Below are positions 10,456-21,600 of a stretch of DNA of 59,985 nucleotides, one piece after another; the first letter of the stretch is position 1, and each line of letters opens with the position of its first letter. Below the pieces are notes generated by a model. That model had not been told where the DNA came from, searched no databases, and was given only the letters and a program-made list of their open reading frames with translations. This DNA comes from Escherichia phage vB_EcoS_OddieOddie: sequence record OL539454.1; one strand, 5' to 3'. Made by a program: the position numbers and the translations under genes.

Positions 10456-13400
10456 ATGGCCGAAACCGCTTCGCTAGTAATCAGAGTTGACGCGAGAGGG
10501 ATTAGTACCGCGGACTCTATGTTGCGGAACTTAGCGCGTACAGGTGACACAGCGGAGCGGTCTGCTCAACGTGTTACCTCCAGCTATAAAACATTGTCTA
10601 ACACATCTAACGAACTTGCAACCGTCACAAGTCGTTTGGATGCTGCAATTGTAGGCATGATTAGCGTTGACACTATTAGCCGTGTTATATCGCTGTCTGA
10701 CTCCTGGACCATCCTTACCAACAAACTTGAACTGGCTCGTACGGGTAATGAAACCGTTGCGGATGCGCAGCAACGCGTGTTTGATATTGCCCAGCGGTCA
10801 CGTACAAGCTTGGAAGCGACTGCAACTCTGTACTCCCGTCTCCAGCGTGCGATGAAGAATACTGGTATGACTGGTATGGAGCTTGGACGTATCACGGAAA
10901 CAATTAACAAAGCAATGATTGTTTCCGGTGCAACATCCCATGAAGCAAGTGCTGCTCTTATTCAGTTTTCGCAAGCGATGGCATCCGGTGTTTTGCGCGG
11001 GGATGAATTCCGATCTGTTGCAGAACAGGCACCGCGCTTAACTCAAATCATGTCCGATTCGTTAGGCGTTACCATTGGACAATTGCGTGAGCTGGCGTAC
11101 AGCGGAAAGTTAACATCAGATGTGGTTATCAAATCGTTGTCTGGTGCTGCGGATACAATTGATAAAGAATTTAGCCGCACTATGCCAACGTTCAACCAGC
11201 AATGGACAGTTGCAACAAACAACCTGACTAAGTTTATGGGTGAATCCCAAAAGACTCAAGGTGCGGTTGCTGCATTGGGACAGACGTTTGTTGCATTATC
11301 CGAAAACTTAGGAACGGTTGTAACGGTTGGTTCAGCTTTAGCCACAGTGATTACCGCCCGTATCATTACGGCAATGCTTGCTAAGACTAAAGCGTCTATA
11401 GCTGCTGCAAAAGCATCTCAGATGGAAGCTGCACAAACTGCGGCAACTACGGCGGTGATGCAAAGCTCTATTGGCGTTACCGCACAGAAAGCGGCGGCGG
11501 ATCGTGCTGCTTCTCTTGCCGCGTTACAGGTCGCTCGCGGGTCATTAGCGGTTGCTAAGGGTACGGCAGCGGAAGCAGGTGCTCGTCTTGCGCTTATTAA
11601 TGCTACCCGTGCGCATTCTGCGGCAATTATGGCGGACGTACAAGCGCGGCAAGCGCTCAATGCTGCTCTTAACGCAACTGTACCAGCCGCAAGCCGGGCA
11701 GCTACAGCAATGAGCGTGCTACGCGGTGCTATGGGGTTAATTGGCGGTCCTGTTGGTGTAGCAATGCTGGCAGCGGGTGCAATTTATTCCTATAAAGCGT
11801 CGCTGGAAGCGGGTCGTGCGGAAAACAATCAGTTTGCAGATAGCGTTGATAGTGTACGCGAAAAACTGATGCAAATGACAGAAGCTCAGTTGGCAGCTAA
11901 CGCGGTCAAAGCTAGAGCAATCCTTCCTGAGCTTGAAGAGCAAATGAAGCGGGAACAGACCGCTTTAAAATCTGCAACAGAAACGCAAAAGTTCTACGAA
12001 GCACAATTAAAACGTCGAGCTGCATCCGGTCGAGATACTGCTAGTGCGGAAAAGAACTTACAGATTGCTACGGATAACGTCAAGCTAGCTGCTGAACGCG
12101 CGGAAGACGCACAACGTCGATATAACAATGTGCTTGAAATGACAAGCCCCGCTATAGAGAAAATAATCCCTCTAGCACGTCAGCTTGCTGCGGATATGAA
12201 GGCTGTCCTTAGCATTAAATCCGGTCCGTTAATTGACGAAAAAGTATTGGATCGCTTTAAAGGTCAACTCGGGGACGTTAACCGTGAGATTGATGTTAAC
12301 ACGGTTAAGGGCGCTGGTAATGCTCGCCAAGCTGCAATCCTTAGTGGACTGTACCAGACGCTGGGCAAGGATGCGGATACATACGGAAGTCTTATTCGCA
12401 AAGTAGCTATGGGGCAGGATGTTAGCTCTGAAGCAACAAGCGAATCCGCTAAAGAGCTTGTTAAATATGCTCAAGATTTAGCCCAAGCTCTTGGCAAAAA
12501 CTACGATCTTGAAGAAGCAGAGAGAAACCGGACTAAAGCTACAAAAGACGCTATTAAGGCAGATCAACAAAACGCTAAGGTTATTGACGATTTACGAAAC
12601 AAGCTTAACGAAGTAACCACAGGGGTTAAGGAAAACGCCAAAGCGAAAGCGCAAGCGGTGGCACTTAATAAGCTCAATGCGTCTGCAACGGCTGCGGAAA
12701 AAGCAGAAGTCGTTAGTCTTGCTGCTGCAATTTACGATGCAGAAGAAGCTCAAAAGAAACTGGACGAGCGTAAGAAGAATCGTAAGTTTGCTCAGGGTCT
12801 GTTAGATGAAGGTATGACAGACTACGCGCAAATCGAATACGAGATGCAAGAAAAGATTATGAAGCTTCACAGGGATCAACAAGCGGATGATCTTGAGCAT
12901 TATAAGCTCTACGAAGATGCAAAGACGCAAGTCCTGAAGAAAGCAAGTATGGAAAGAGAAAATCTGGATAAAGTTCTTATGAACCGAATGATATCCTTTT
13001 CTCAGGAATCCTTAGGCGTTATAATGGATGGACTGTCACAGGCTGTAAGCCAGCAGAACTTCTTTTATAAAGCTATGTTTGCAGCACAGAAAGCAATGCA
13101 AATCCCGTCAATCCTTGCCAACACGGAAACGGCAGCATCCGCGGCGCTTGCATGGGGTACACAGCAAGGCGGTGCCACAATGGGCGCAACTATGGCGGCT
13201 ATAGTGAAAACTATGGGTTATGCGTCAGCCGCTACTGTGGGTGGCTTAGCAATTGCTGGTATGGCTCACGACGGTATTGATAACGTTCCGCGTGAAGGTA
13301 CATGGTTGCTGGATAAGGGTGAACGTGTACTTAATGCTCCGTCTAATGACAAGTTAAATCGCTTCCTGGATAGCCAAGCTTCACAACAAGGTGGCGTGAA

Positions 13401-13572
13401 TATGTCCGGTGGTGTTAGCATTGTTCAGTATATCACGGTGCAAGGAAATGGCGATGCAGCACTCACACAAGCTATGCAAAAAGCAGCCCGTGATGGCGCT
13501 GAGCAGGGATATAATAAAGTTCTTAATGACTTTGCATCCCGAGGAACAATTCGTAGAACTGCAATGGGGTAA
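10456..13572 (+). CDS. tail tape measure protein
   Basis: 1038-aa ORF, Ala/Gln-rich helical, hydrophobic segments; follows chaperone pair. Confidence 0.8.
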   Translation: MAETASLVIRVDARGISTADSMLRNLARTGDTAERSAQRVTSSYKTLSNTSNELATVTSRLDAAIVGMISVDTISRVISLSDSWTILTNKLELARTGNETVADAQQRVFDIAQRSRTSLEATATLYSRLQRAMKNTGMTGMELGRITETINKAMIVSGATSHEASAALIQFSQAMASGVLRGDEFRSVAEQAPRLTQIMSDSLGVTIGQLRELAYSGKLTSDVVIKSLSGAADTIDKEFSRTMPTFNQQWTVATNNLTKFMGESQKTQGAVAALGQTFVALSENLGTVVTVGSALATVITARIITAMLAKTKASIAAAKASQMEAAQTAATTAVMQSSIGVTAQKAAADRAASLAALQVARGSLAVAKGTAAEAGARLALINATRAHSAAIMADVQARQALNAALNATVPAASRAATAMSVLRGAMGLIGGPVGVAMLAAGAIYSYKASLEAGRAENNQFADSVDSVREKLMQMTEAQLAANAVKARAILPELEEQMKREQTALKSATETQKFYEAQLKRRAASGRDTASAEKNLQIATDNVKLAAERAEDAQRRYNNVLEMTSPAIEKIIPLARQLAADMKAVLSIKSGPLIDEKVLDRFKGQLGDVNREIDVNTVKGAGNARQAAILSGLYQTLGKDADTYGSLIRKVAMGQDVSSEATSESAKELVKYAQDLAQALGKNYDLEEAERNRTKATKDAIKADQQNAKVIDDLRNKLNEVTTGVKENAKAKAQAVALNKLNASATAAEKAEVVSLAAAIYDAEEAQKKLDERKKNRKFAQGLLDEGMTDYAQIEYEMQEKIMKLHRDQQADDLEHYKLYEDAKTQVLKKASMERENLDKVLMNRMISFSQESLGVIMDGLSQAVSQQNFFYKAMFAAQKAMQIPSILANTETAASAALAWGTQQGGATMGATMAAIVKTMGYASAATVGGLAIAGMAHDGIDNVPREGTWLLDKGERVLNAPSNDKLNRFLDSQASQQGGVNMSGGVSIVQYITVQGNGDAALTQAMQKAARDGAEQGYNKVLNDFASRGTIRRTAMG

Positions 13573-13575
13573 TAT

Positions 13576-14160
13576 ATGCTCACTTGGCCCGAAGAAATTA
13601 GACCTTCCGAGATGGAATGGTATCTTGTTTCAAACTCTGTTGAATTTACAAGCCCCTTTAATGGGGCTTCACAAACTGTGTCCTATCCTGGGTCACGATG
13701 GGAAGCAACATTAACTTTCAGCAACTTAAATGACTGGCAATCCAGAAAGCTTGAATCGACATTAGCTAAGCTTGATGGTAAAGCTGGTCGAATTATGCTT
13801 CAAGATTTTGGTCGTTGGGGACGCGCACCGATTGGATCACCTGTGGTTAATGGTGCAAACAATACAGGGACAACTTTATCAACTAAAGGTTGGACTCCTA
13901 ACAGAAAGGTTCTATGGGAAGGGGATTACATCGCAGTAAATAACGAATTAAAATTAATAACCGAAGATGCGTGGAGCGATTCTTCTGGTAACGTGATTTT
14001 AAACATTGCTCCAATGTTAAGGACTATCCCGCCAAACGGGGCTAAAATTGAAACTCAAAAGCCACAAGGAGCTTTCCGTTTATCTGACAATACTAACGGA
14101 GTTAAGCGTCAACCAGCTTTTAATAATTCATTCACTTTAAAATTCTCGGAGGCGTTCTAA
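13576..14160 (+). CDS. minor tail protein (lambda M-like position)
   Basis: 194-aa ORF directly after tape measure; synteny only. Confidence 0.45.
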   Translation: MLTWPEEIRPSEMEWYLVSNSVEFTSPFNGASQTVSYPGSRWEATLTFSNLNDWQSRKLESTLAKLDGKAGRIMLQDFGRWGRAPIGSPVVNGANNTGTTLSTKGWTPNRKVLWEGDYIAVNNELKLITEDAWSDSSGNVILNIAPMLRTIPPNGAKIETQKPQGAFRLSDNTNGVKRQPAFNNSFTLKFSEAF

Positions 14161-14744
14161 TGCTATTCAGTCCTTTCAGCGATACGCTTCTTAATGCAAT
14201 GGAGCAGCCAAACGTTAGTCTTGTTCTTGCTGCGGAAATCGACTTTCCTTCTGGTGTAACGCGTGTACATACTGGGACAGGTGTTGTTGTTATTAACGGT
14301 CAAACGTTCCTGGGTGTTGGTACGCTTGGAGACGTAGGATCTGTAACAGAAGAAAACAGCACAAGCTCAAGCACAATGTCCATGGCGTTAAGCGGTCTGG
14401 ACATGAGTCTTGTCGGGGAAACGTTAAACGAAGAAGTTATCGGGCGCAATGTTGTTTGTTATATTGCGGTAATGAACGATCAAGGTAACGTTACCGCTGC
14501 CAATGTTTTATTTGAAGGTTTTATTACGGATACAGCGTTACAAGCAGGTCAACAGAATGCACTGAGTTATGTTATTTCCAACGTGTTTGAGCGTTGGTCA
14601 CAAGGTTTACCGGATCGCTATACGGATGAAAGTCAACAGCGTTTATATCCGGGCGACCGTTTCTTTAGATATATTGCACAAATGGCTGAACGTTCAATCT
14701 TTTGGGGGAGTAAAAAAGATGCGCCAGGGTTCTCCTATGAGTAA
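14160..14744 (+). CDS. minor tail protein (lambda L-like position)
   Basis: 194-aa ORF, translationally coupled to upstream gene; synteny only. Confidence 0.45.
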   Translation: MLFSPFSDTLLNAMEQPNVSLVLAAEIDFPSGVTRVHTGTGVVVINGQTFLGVGTLGDVGSVTEENSTSSSTMSMALSGLDMSLVGETLNEEVIGRNVVCYIAVMNDQGNVTAANVLFEGFITDTALQAGQQNALSYVISNVFERWSQGLPDRYTDESQQRLYPGDRFFRYIAQMAERSIFWGSKKDAPGFSYE

Positions 14745-15153
14745 GTTGCCAGGCTGGCAGACACGTTTATTAACCACAGTAAAGGAGTTGTCATCGACTC
14801 CTTTTTCTTGGGGTGAAAATGATTGCTGCACCTTCGCGGCAAAATGTGTTGATGCGCAATACGGAACAAATATCTACGAACAAGTCGCTGGAAAATATAG
14901 TACAGAGCTTGGAAGTAAAAAATTCACTATTGAAAGAGTTGGAACCGCTTACCTTCCATTGTTATTGGATACTTACCTCAGCGAACGCGTTGACAAGAAC
15001 TATGCGCAAAGAGGCGATGTGGTTACATTTGAGGGAGCATTGGGCTTAACTGCTGGCATATTATGGACTGGATATGTATGGGCTATGGGTCCGAACGGTG
15101 TGGAAACATTCCCGCTTAATAAGATCAAAATTACGGATATTTGGAGGGTCTAA
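14719..15153 (+). CDS. tail assembly protein (lambda K-like position)
   Basis: Longest ORF starts at 14569 but overlaps upstream gene; internal ATG at 14719 has SD GGGGAG; contains SWGENDCCTF cysteine motif. Confidence 0.4.
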   Translation: MRQGSPMSKLPGWQTRLLTTVKELSSTPFSWGENDCCTFAAKCVDAQYGTNIYEQVAGKYSTELGSKKFTIERVGTAYLPLLLDTYLSERVDKNYAQRGDVVTFEGALGLTAGILWTGYVWAMGPNGVETFPLNKIKITDIWRV

Positions 15154-18100
15154 TGCCACCAGCAATAATTGGAGCAGCGATAGCTTTAGGTGCGTCGGCG
15201 GCTGCTGCGGCTAGTATTATTTCGGCAACTACCGCTCTCGTTATCGGTATTGCTGCAACTGCGGCAGGTGCTCTTTTAACTAAGACACCAAATATGAACT
15301 TTGATGCTTACAAGGGGCAGCAAGAGCGTAAACAGGTTCTGCGTGCGGCTACAGCGTCACGTTCTGTTGTATATGGCACGACCGTAGCGTCCGGACTATT
15401 AGCATTTGCGGAGGAAGAAGCTGGAGATCAAGATGAAGGTGAATGGATGCATCTTGTTGTTGTTCTTGCTAGTCATAAATTGGAAGGTATTGAAACGATT
15501 TGGTTGGGTGATGACGGAATTGATTGGTTTGGTGAAAACGCTACTTGGGAGTTTCATAACGACCGTCAGACTGTTGACCCATTCATGTTAAGACATTGTC
15601 CTTCCTGGAAGGAGGATATGATTGGCAAGGGTATTGCATGGCTACGTTTAAGCTTAAAGTTTGATGCTGAAAAATTCCCATCCGGTTTGCCAAACGTCAA
15701 GGTGTTGAAAAAGGGACGTAGAGTCTATGACCCTCGTTCCGGTCAAACTGTCTTTAGCGATAACGCTGCTCTTGTTATTCTTGATTATTTCCGCACGTAT
15801 TTAAAGCGCAAGGACGAGAATATTAACTGGGACCAATTCAAGGAAGCTGCTAACATCTGCGATGAGTTTGTTACTAACGCAGATAGCACTACGGAGAGAC
15901 GCTACCGCATTAACGGTGAGTTTGAAGTGGATGAAGCACCTGCCAAAATCCTTGATGCTATGCTTGAAGCTTGCGGTGGGGAACTAACCTATATTGGCGG
16001 CAAACACGGTCTGTTAGTTGGTGCTTATTACGGTCCAGCTACCATGACTTTGGACGAAAGCTGCATTGCTGGGGATATTAAAATTATCCCTGAAACATCT
16101 TATAAAGAGCGCACCAATACCATTACAGGTACATTTGTCGACCCGAAGCAAACATACGCTGAAGCAGATTTTCCTCCAGTTGTGGTTAAGGAATGGGTGG
16201 AAAAAGATGGCGGCGAAATAACACAAGACATGGATTTCCGCTTTGTTACAAGTGAATATCAAGCTCAACGTCTTGCTAATATTATTTTACGTCGTAAGCG
16301 TGTTGGTCGAACAATTGAAGTGCCGTGTAACATGAAGGGGTATAAATTCCGCCCGGGCATGTATGTCGACGTGTCAATTTCAAATATTGGAATGAAAAAT
16401 GTTGAGATGCGCGTTACTAAATGGTCATTCGATCCTAAAGGTGGAATTAATCTTGTCCTTCGTCAAGACTTCCTGGAAATGTGGGACGATGCTATTGGTA
16501 AACCAATGGAGCGTCCGGATCTGGTAGACCTTCCGTCTGGTGCTATTGCTCAACCGCAAAACCTTCAGTATCAGGTATTGCAGATCAGCGATGTTGTGCA
16601 AGGTGTTTTAACATGGAGCAATATTGGACAGGTAGCGTATAACCGCGTAGCCGTGCGACAGGGAGGTACAACGGTTTGGACCGCACAAGTCCCTGGCCAA
16701 AACGTTCGCGTTACTGGGTTGCTGCGGGGCGCGTATACAGCGCATGTTCAAGCGGTAGCTTATAGCGGGGCAATATCGCCTGAAGCATATCTGGAATTTA
16801 ATATTCAGGCTCCGCCGCCACCAACATCTATTGAAGTACAACAGGGTTACTTTGCTATAAACCTGATCCCTAAATCTGCGGACATTGCAAACGTTAGCAC
16901 GCAGTATGATTTCTGGACTTCCGGTGAAACAAGATTGTCATCTGTGTCTACAGACGTTGTTGAGCGTGAAGCAACTCGTAAAGGTATGGGCACAACCTGG
17001 ACTTCGGAAGGTTTGAAAAATGACCACACTTATTACTGGTATGTGCGCACCATTAACGCTTTCGGATCATCTGCATTTGTAGAAGTAGCTGCATTGTGCT
17101 TTACAACAGCTACAGATTTGATGCCACAAATTGATTCTGAATTCAAGAAGACGGAGACTTATAAAGAGCTCACTACTGAAATCACAGGTGTTAAAGATGG
17201 AGTTACTCAGCTTAGCCAAACTGTAGTAGAAACTGAACAGCGTTTAAGTCAAAGCGTTAGCAATGTTCAACAAAGCGTTATCACTTTAGATGGTGTTGTT
17301 CAGGATCAGGGCGTTACCATTAATGAACAAGGACAGCTCATCGATGCACAGGGTAAGTTGATTGACACTCAAGGTAAGACTATTGAAACGGTTAGCGCGA
17401 CCGTGCAGGAGACAAGTAAAGCAGTTGTAGATCTGGAAGGTAATGTTAACGCTCAATGGGGTGCTAAAGTACAGGTAGATGGTAAAGGGCAAAAATACGT
17501 TGCTGGTATCCAGTTAGGTATGGAAGGGTCCGGTGGAGCTGTTCAGTCTTACTTCATGGTAAGCGCTAACAACTTTGCTATCTATAACCCGACAAATAGC
17601 GTAGCAGAACTAGCATTTGCTGTTAAGAACGGTCAAGTGTTCATGAAGGCTGCGTTTATTGAAAATGGTACTATTGACAGCGCTAAAATTTCAAATCAAA
17701 TTCAGTCAACAAACTACGCAAGCAATAGCGCGGGTTGGATGATTAACAAGAATGGTAGCGCTCAGTTTAACAACGTAACGATAAGGGGTACGGTATACGC
17801 CAACAACGGGTCTTTCACAGGTACAGTCAACGCCACAAGCGGTAAATTCAAGGGTACTGTGGAAGCTACCAGTTTTGTGGGTGATGTTGCGAATATGTGT
17901 GTCATTGCTGAGTCTGCAATACCAAACACACAAACTACAAGTTCAAGAACCTGGACAAAAACTTTCAAAGACTCATCCGGTTCAACATTATCTAAAGACT
18001 TTGTGTTGTTATTAAGTTATAGTTTAACTGCATATACATCAAATCAGGCAAGTCGTATAATTGTGACTGCTAACATAGGTGGAACATCAATTACAAGGAG

Positions 18101-18275
18101 GATTGAGCGAGCTGCCAATGGACCTGCGATGGATGTAACCATACCTTTAGCAGTGAAAGGAAAGACAGCGTCGAGCGTAACAATAAGCGTTAAGGAGGAG
18201 TATACGAACGTCTATGGGAGCTACTTGCGTCCGTCTGTAATATTAATGACTCGCGGAACTGGTAGTTGGTCGTAA
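15141..18275 (+). CDS. tail tip / host specificity protein (lambda J-like)
   Basis: 1044-aa ORF after minor tail genes; Ala/Gly-rich hydrophobic N-terminus, beta-rich middle, T/S/N-rich C-terminal region. Confidence 0.6.
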   Translation: MEGLMPPAIIGAAIALGASAAAAASIISATTALVIGIAATAAGALLTKTPNMNFDAYKGQQERKQVLRAATASRSVVYGTTVASGLLAFAEEEAGDQDEGEWMHLVVVLASHKLEGIETIWLGDDGIDWFGENATWEFHNDRQTVDPFMLRHCPSWKEDMIGKGIAWLRLSLKFDAEKFPSGLPNVKVLKKGRRVYDPRSGQTVFSDNAALVILDYFRTYLKRKDENINWDQFKEAANICDEFVTNADSTTERRYRINGEFEVDEAPAKILDAMLEACGGELTYIGGKHGLLVGAYYGPATMTLDESCIAGDIKIIPETSYKERTNTITGTFVDPKQTYAEADFPPVVVKEWVEKDGGEITQDMDFRFVTSEYQAQRLANIILRRKRVGRTIEVPCNMKGYKFRPGMYVDVSISNIGMKNVEMRVTKWSFDPKGGINLVLRQDFLEMWDDAIGKPMERPDLVDLPSGAIAQPQNLQYQVLQISDVVQGVLTWSNIGQVAYNRVAVRQGGTTVWTAQVPGQNVRVTGLLRGAYTAHVQAVAYSGAISPEAYLEFNIQAPPPPTSIEVQQGYFAINLIPKSADIANVSTQYDFWTSGETRLSSVSTDVVEREATRKGMGTTWTSEGLKNDHTYYWYVRTINAFGSSAFVEVAALCFTTATDLMPQIDSEFKKTETYKELTTEITGVKDGVTQLSQTVVETEQRLSQSVSNVQQSVITLDGVVQDQGVTINEQGQLIDAQGKLIDTQGKTIETVSATVQETSKAVVDLEGNVNAQWGAKVQVDGKGQKYVAGIQLGMEGSGGAVQSYFMVSANNFAIYNPTNSVAELAFAVKNGQVFMKAAFIENGTIDSAKISNQIQSTNYASNSAGWMINKNGSAQFNNVTIRGTVYANNGSFTGTVNATSGKFKGTVEATSFVGDVANMCVIAESAIPNTQTTSSRTWTKTFKDSSGSTLSKDFVLLLSYSLTAYTSNQASRIIVTANIGGTSITRRIERAANGPAMDVTIPLAVKGKTASSVTISVKEEYTNVYGSYLRPSVILMTRGTGSWS

Positions 18276-18282
18276 TAAATAA

Positions 18283-18310
18283 TTAACCCCTCAAACGAGG
18301 GGTTAATTTT
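18283..18310. terminator. bidirectional terminator between convergent genes
   Basis: TTAACCCCTC-AAAC-GAGGGGTTAA 10-bp stem with TTTT downstream and A-run upstream. Confidence 0.6.
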
Positions 18311-18543
18311 CAATAATCAATCACACAGTTTGAAGGTGAGCCAATTCGTCGGTATTCATGATCAATCTCATGGCACCATTGCCCAGTCATTGGAAGCTTT
18401 TCGGTATCATAAATCAAAGAACCGTTACCATCACGATCTAACGGTTTTGGAATAACGCCGGAATTAGGTTTACCAGTATTTAAACCGTTACCACATGCAG
18501 TGAGGGATAAAGTTAATGCCAGCATAGTTAAAGCGCGTTTCAT
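18310..18543 (-). CDS. small lipoprotein (candidate superinfection-exclusion factor)
   Basis: 77-aa minus-strand ORF inside the plus-strand tail module; N-terminal signal peptide with lipobox-like LTAC, then G/N/D-rich mature part. Confidence 0.55.
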   Translation of the reverse strand: MKRALTMLALTLSLTACGNGLNTGKPNSGVIPKPLDRDGNGSLIYDTEKLPMTGQWCHEIDHEYRRIGSPSNCVIDY

Positions 18544-18613
18544 TGGGCCTCCTTTGTGTTGTTGTCAAGGTTCAATTCTAATATACTTGTTGTGTTGAGT
18601 AAGTCAAATAAAT

Positions 18614-21600
18614 GTGGGAGATATTATGGCAACTCGTTTACGTGGTACTTTAGTTGATGGTTTAAATAAACCAATTGTCAACGCTACAGTTGCACTTTTA
18701 GCGAAAGGGAATAGCTTATTGGTATTGTCCGGTAGTGAAGCTATCTTTAAAACAAGCGCAACCGGAACATATGATATTACAGTCCAAACAGGCTATTACA
18801 AGGTTATTATCGGTCCGCAAGGTAGCGAGCCTTATAAAGCTGGTGAAATTGCTATTTACGCGGACAGTAAAGAAGGTACGCTCAATAACTATTTAACTTC
18901 CTGGGCACCGGAAGAGCTAACTCCGGAAGTCATTGCACAGGTTAAAGATTTAGTTTCACAAGCTGAGACAGCTAAGAATGCTTCTGCTACATCTGCAACT
19001 AAATCCGAGCAAGAACGCGTTAAAGCAGAGACTGCGGCTCAGAATGCTGTAAACACTGCTAACGGTATGAAAGCTTCTATTGGTTTGACTACTGCACCAA
19101 GACATGTTGCAGATATTACAGTCAACCCGTCATCATTCTTGGGTTTTATACGGATTTTACGGTCTAGTACAGTAGGTTATCCGGATATTGCGTCCTCAGA
19201 AAACGTATTAGCCGGTTTTGTTTCCGCTATGGATGGAACCCCTGGATTTATAGGTGTTTTTGTTGGAGACATGACCGGGACTATATATAGCTATAGATGG
19301 ATCAAGGACGTTGGCGTTACATGGTGGAAGCAGGTTAACTATTCTACTGTCAACAGATATACCCAGCTAAACGCAGAAACTAATTTTACAAACCAATTAG
19401 GTAATGCAAAACTCCTCATAGATAATAATAAAGTTTGGGGGGCATATGACAATGAAAATAAACGCTTCATACCTCTAGCAATAGCTCAAGGTGGTACAGG
19501 GGCGCTCACAGACGCGGATGCTCGTACAAACTTAAGACTTGGTTCTAACGATACACCTCAATTCAGAAACCTTAATCTTGTTACAGTAGCAGACTCCGCA
19601 CAAGCGCCTTCCGGCATTGTGAGCGGTTATTTAAATAATAGCTCTGGAGTTCAAAGATGTCGCTACCGCATATATTCTGAAATAAGAGGCGACAATAAAG
19701 CGTGGTTAACCTTACACCTTCAATCAGACACAGCAACAAATAAATATGCTGGTCTAAGCGTTGATGGTAATTTTCAAATCAATGGAAATTTTATTGGTAA
19801 TGCTTTGCAGTTGTCAGACGCTCCAAATTCCAGGATTAATCTACAGTTAGATCGTTTTTATCAAAGTGCTAACGAAACGGTTATTTATACTCCGTCTCGT
19901 CAAGCATATATGACAATTTCTAATAACAAGACTTGGGGCGCTTATGACGCGGAAGCTCAAAACTTCATTCCTTTACCTATTAATAGGGGAGGGACTGGTG
20001 CCCTAACAATATCCGACGCTAAGACTAATCTTCAAATTCCGTCTGTAGGTGGGGGTGATTGGTTAACTTATAACGCTCCTCCTGGCGTGGAAGCTGGAAA
20101 GTATTATCCAGTTATCATCGATATGGCATACAGTTCTTTATATGCTTCTGGTGCTTTTATAGATATAAAGACACGTTCTGCCGCTGGTGACGACCCAATG
20201 AACTGTTGCACTTTTAACGGATTTATTAGATGTGGTGGTTGGAGCGACCGAAAAGACGGCGGTTATGGTTACTTCAACAACTATGCAAAAAATGAAATTG
20301 CTATGAAATGTATTCTTTCTTCATCTAAAGATGCGGAAAGATACGTTGCAATATATGTTGAAGGTCGTGGTTTCCCTCTTCAATTGCGTGTCCCTGCATT
20401 CTGTGAAGTAACAGTACCAACATCAAACTTTACTTATAAAAATACGACCTATGCGTGGGGTACAGCTAACCCTGCAACGGATTCTGTAGCTATAAACACC
20501 TTATTTGATTTTTCATTAAACCGCGTTGGTTTTTACCAGGCCACGACAGAAGGTAATTATTATATCGGAAATGGGGAACGTATTGTTTTATCTAACGGAA
20601 TGTCTGTGGGCGAAGAGTTAAGTCTAACCACACCTAAAGTGTCTTTCAGTGGAACCATTGCTGCTGGTAACGGTGTCATTGCAGATGGAACATCTGTATC
20701 CAATGCTACTTTTTATAGTCGTTATCGTGTTGGTGACGTGATATATGACAGCGAGTTTCGCGCAAGTGAAAATGCTGGTCAAATTATAGTCCGCGATCCA
20801 ACGGGTGGGACTGCGCATCAATTCTTTAACTTCAATCTCAACGGGACATTCAGCGCTCCCGCTGGTTTGCTATCTTCTACTGGAGTAGATTGGAACGGTC
20901 AGATTAATACCGTCAATAAATTCTATGGGATTGCTGGACAAGTTAACACACCAGAAAACAATGTGGTTTATGGTGGTATACATGTTGGATTCAGCGGCAA
21001 CTATGCTTTCCAGATATGCGGAAGGAAAGGTAAATCCTTCTTCCGCACATTTGAAGCAGGAGTAGAAGGACAATGGCAACAATTAGTAACTAAAGGGAAC
21101 TACGGAGTTGGTCTAATTGGAACTTTTAAACCGGAAGATGGTTCAAGTGGTTTTTACACTGATTCCGATGGGGCAAATACTTGGTCGCCCGCTAACGGAG
21201 GGGGTTTTCAATCTTCGTATACTCAGCAGCGAATATTCCAATTTTGGATGACATCAAGCTCGCAGGGGTTTATTCGTTTTAACGATAGCGGTAACGCTCA
21301 AGCTTCTAAGACGGATAAACCTTGGACAACACTTCAAGCAGCTGGCACATCGGATATTAATTTCAAGCGTGTTCACGGAGTGATGGATACAGATGTTGCA
21401 TTGGATAACATAAGCAAGCTTGAATTTGTATACTTTAACTATCTGTCCGATGGTCCAGAGCGTGAAATCCGTAGGGGTGTCATTGCTCAACAGGCCCAGG
21501 AAGTTGATCCTGAATATGTGCATAGTGCTGAAACATCCGGGAAAATGACTTTGGATTCTAACCCATTGTTATTGGATGCATTAGCTGCAATACAATCCCT

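Noticed and set aside
14569-14718. 5' extension of the K-like tail gene
   Set aside because: It overlaps the upstream minor tail gene by 175 nt; an internal ATG at 14719 with SD gives a coupled, non-overlapping gene
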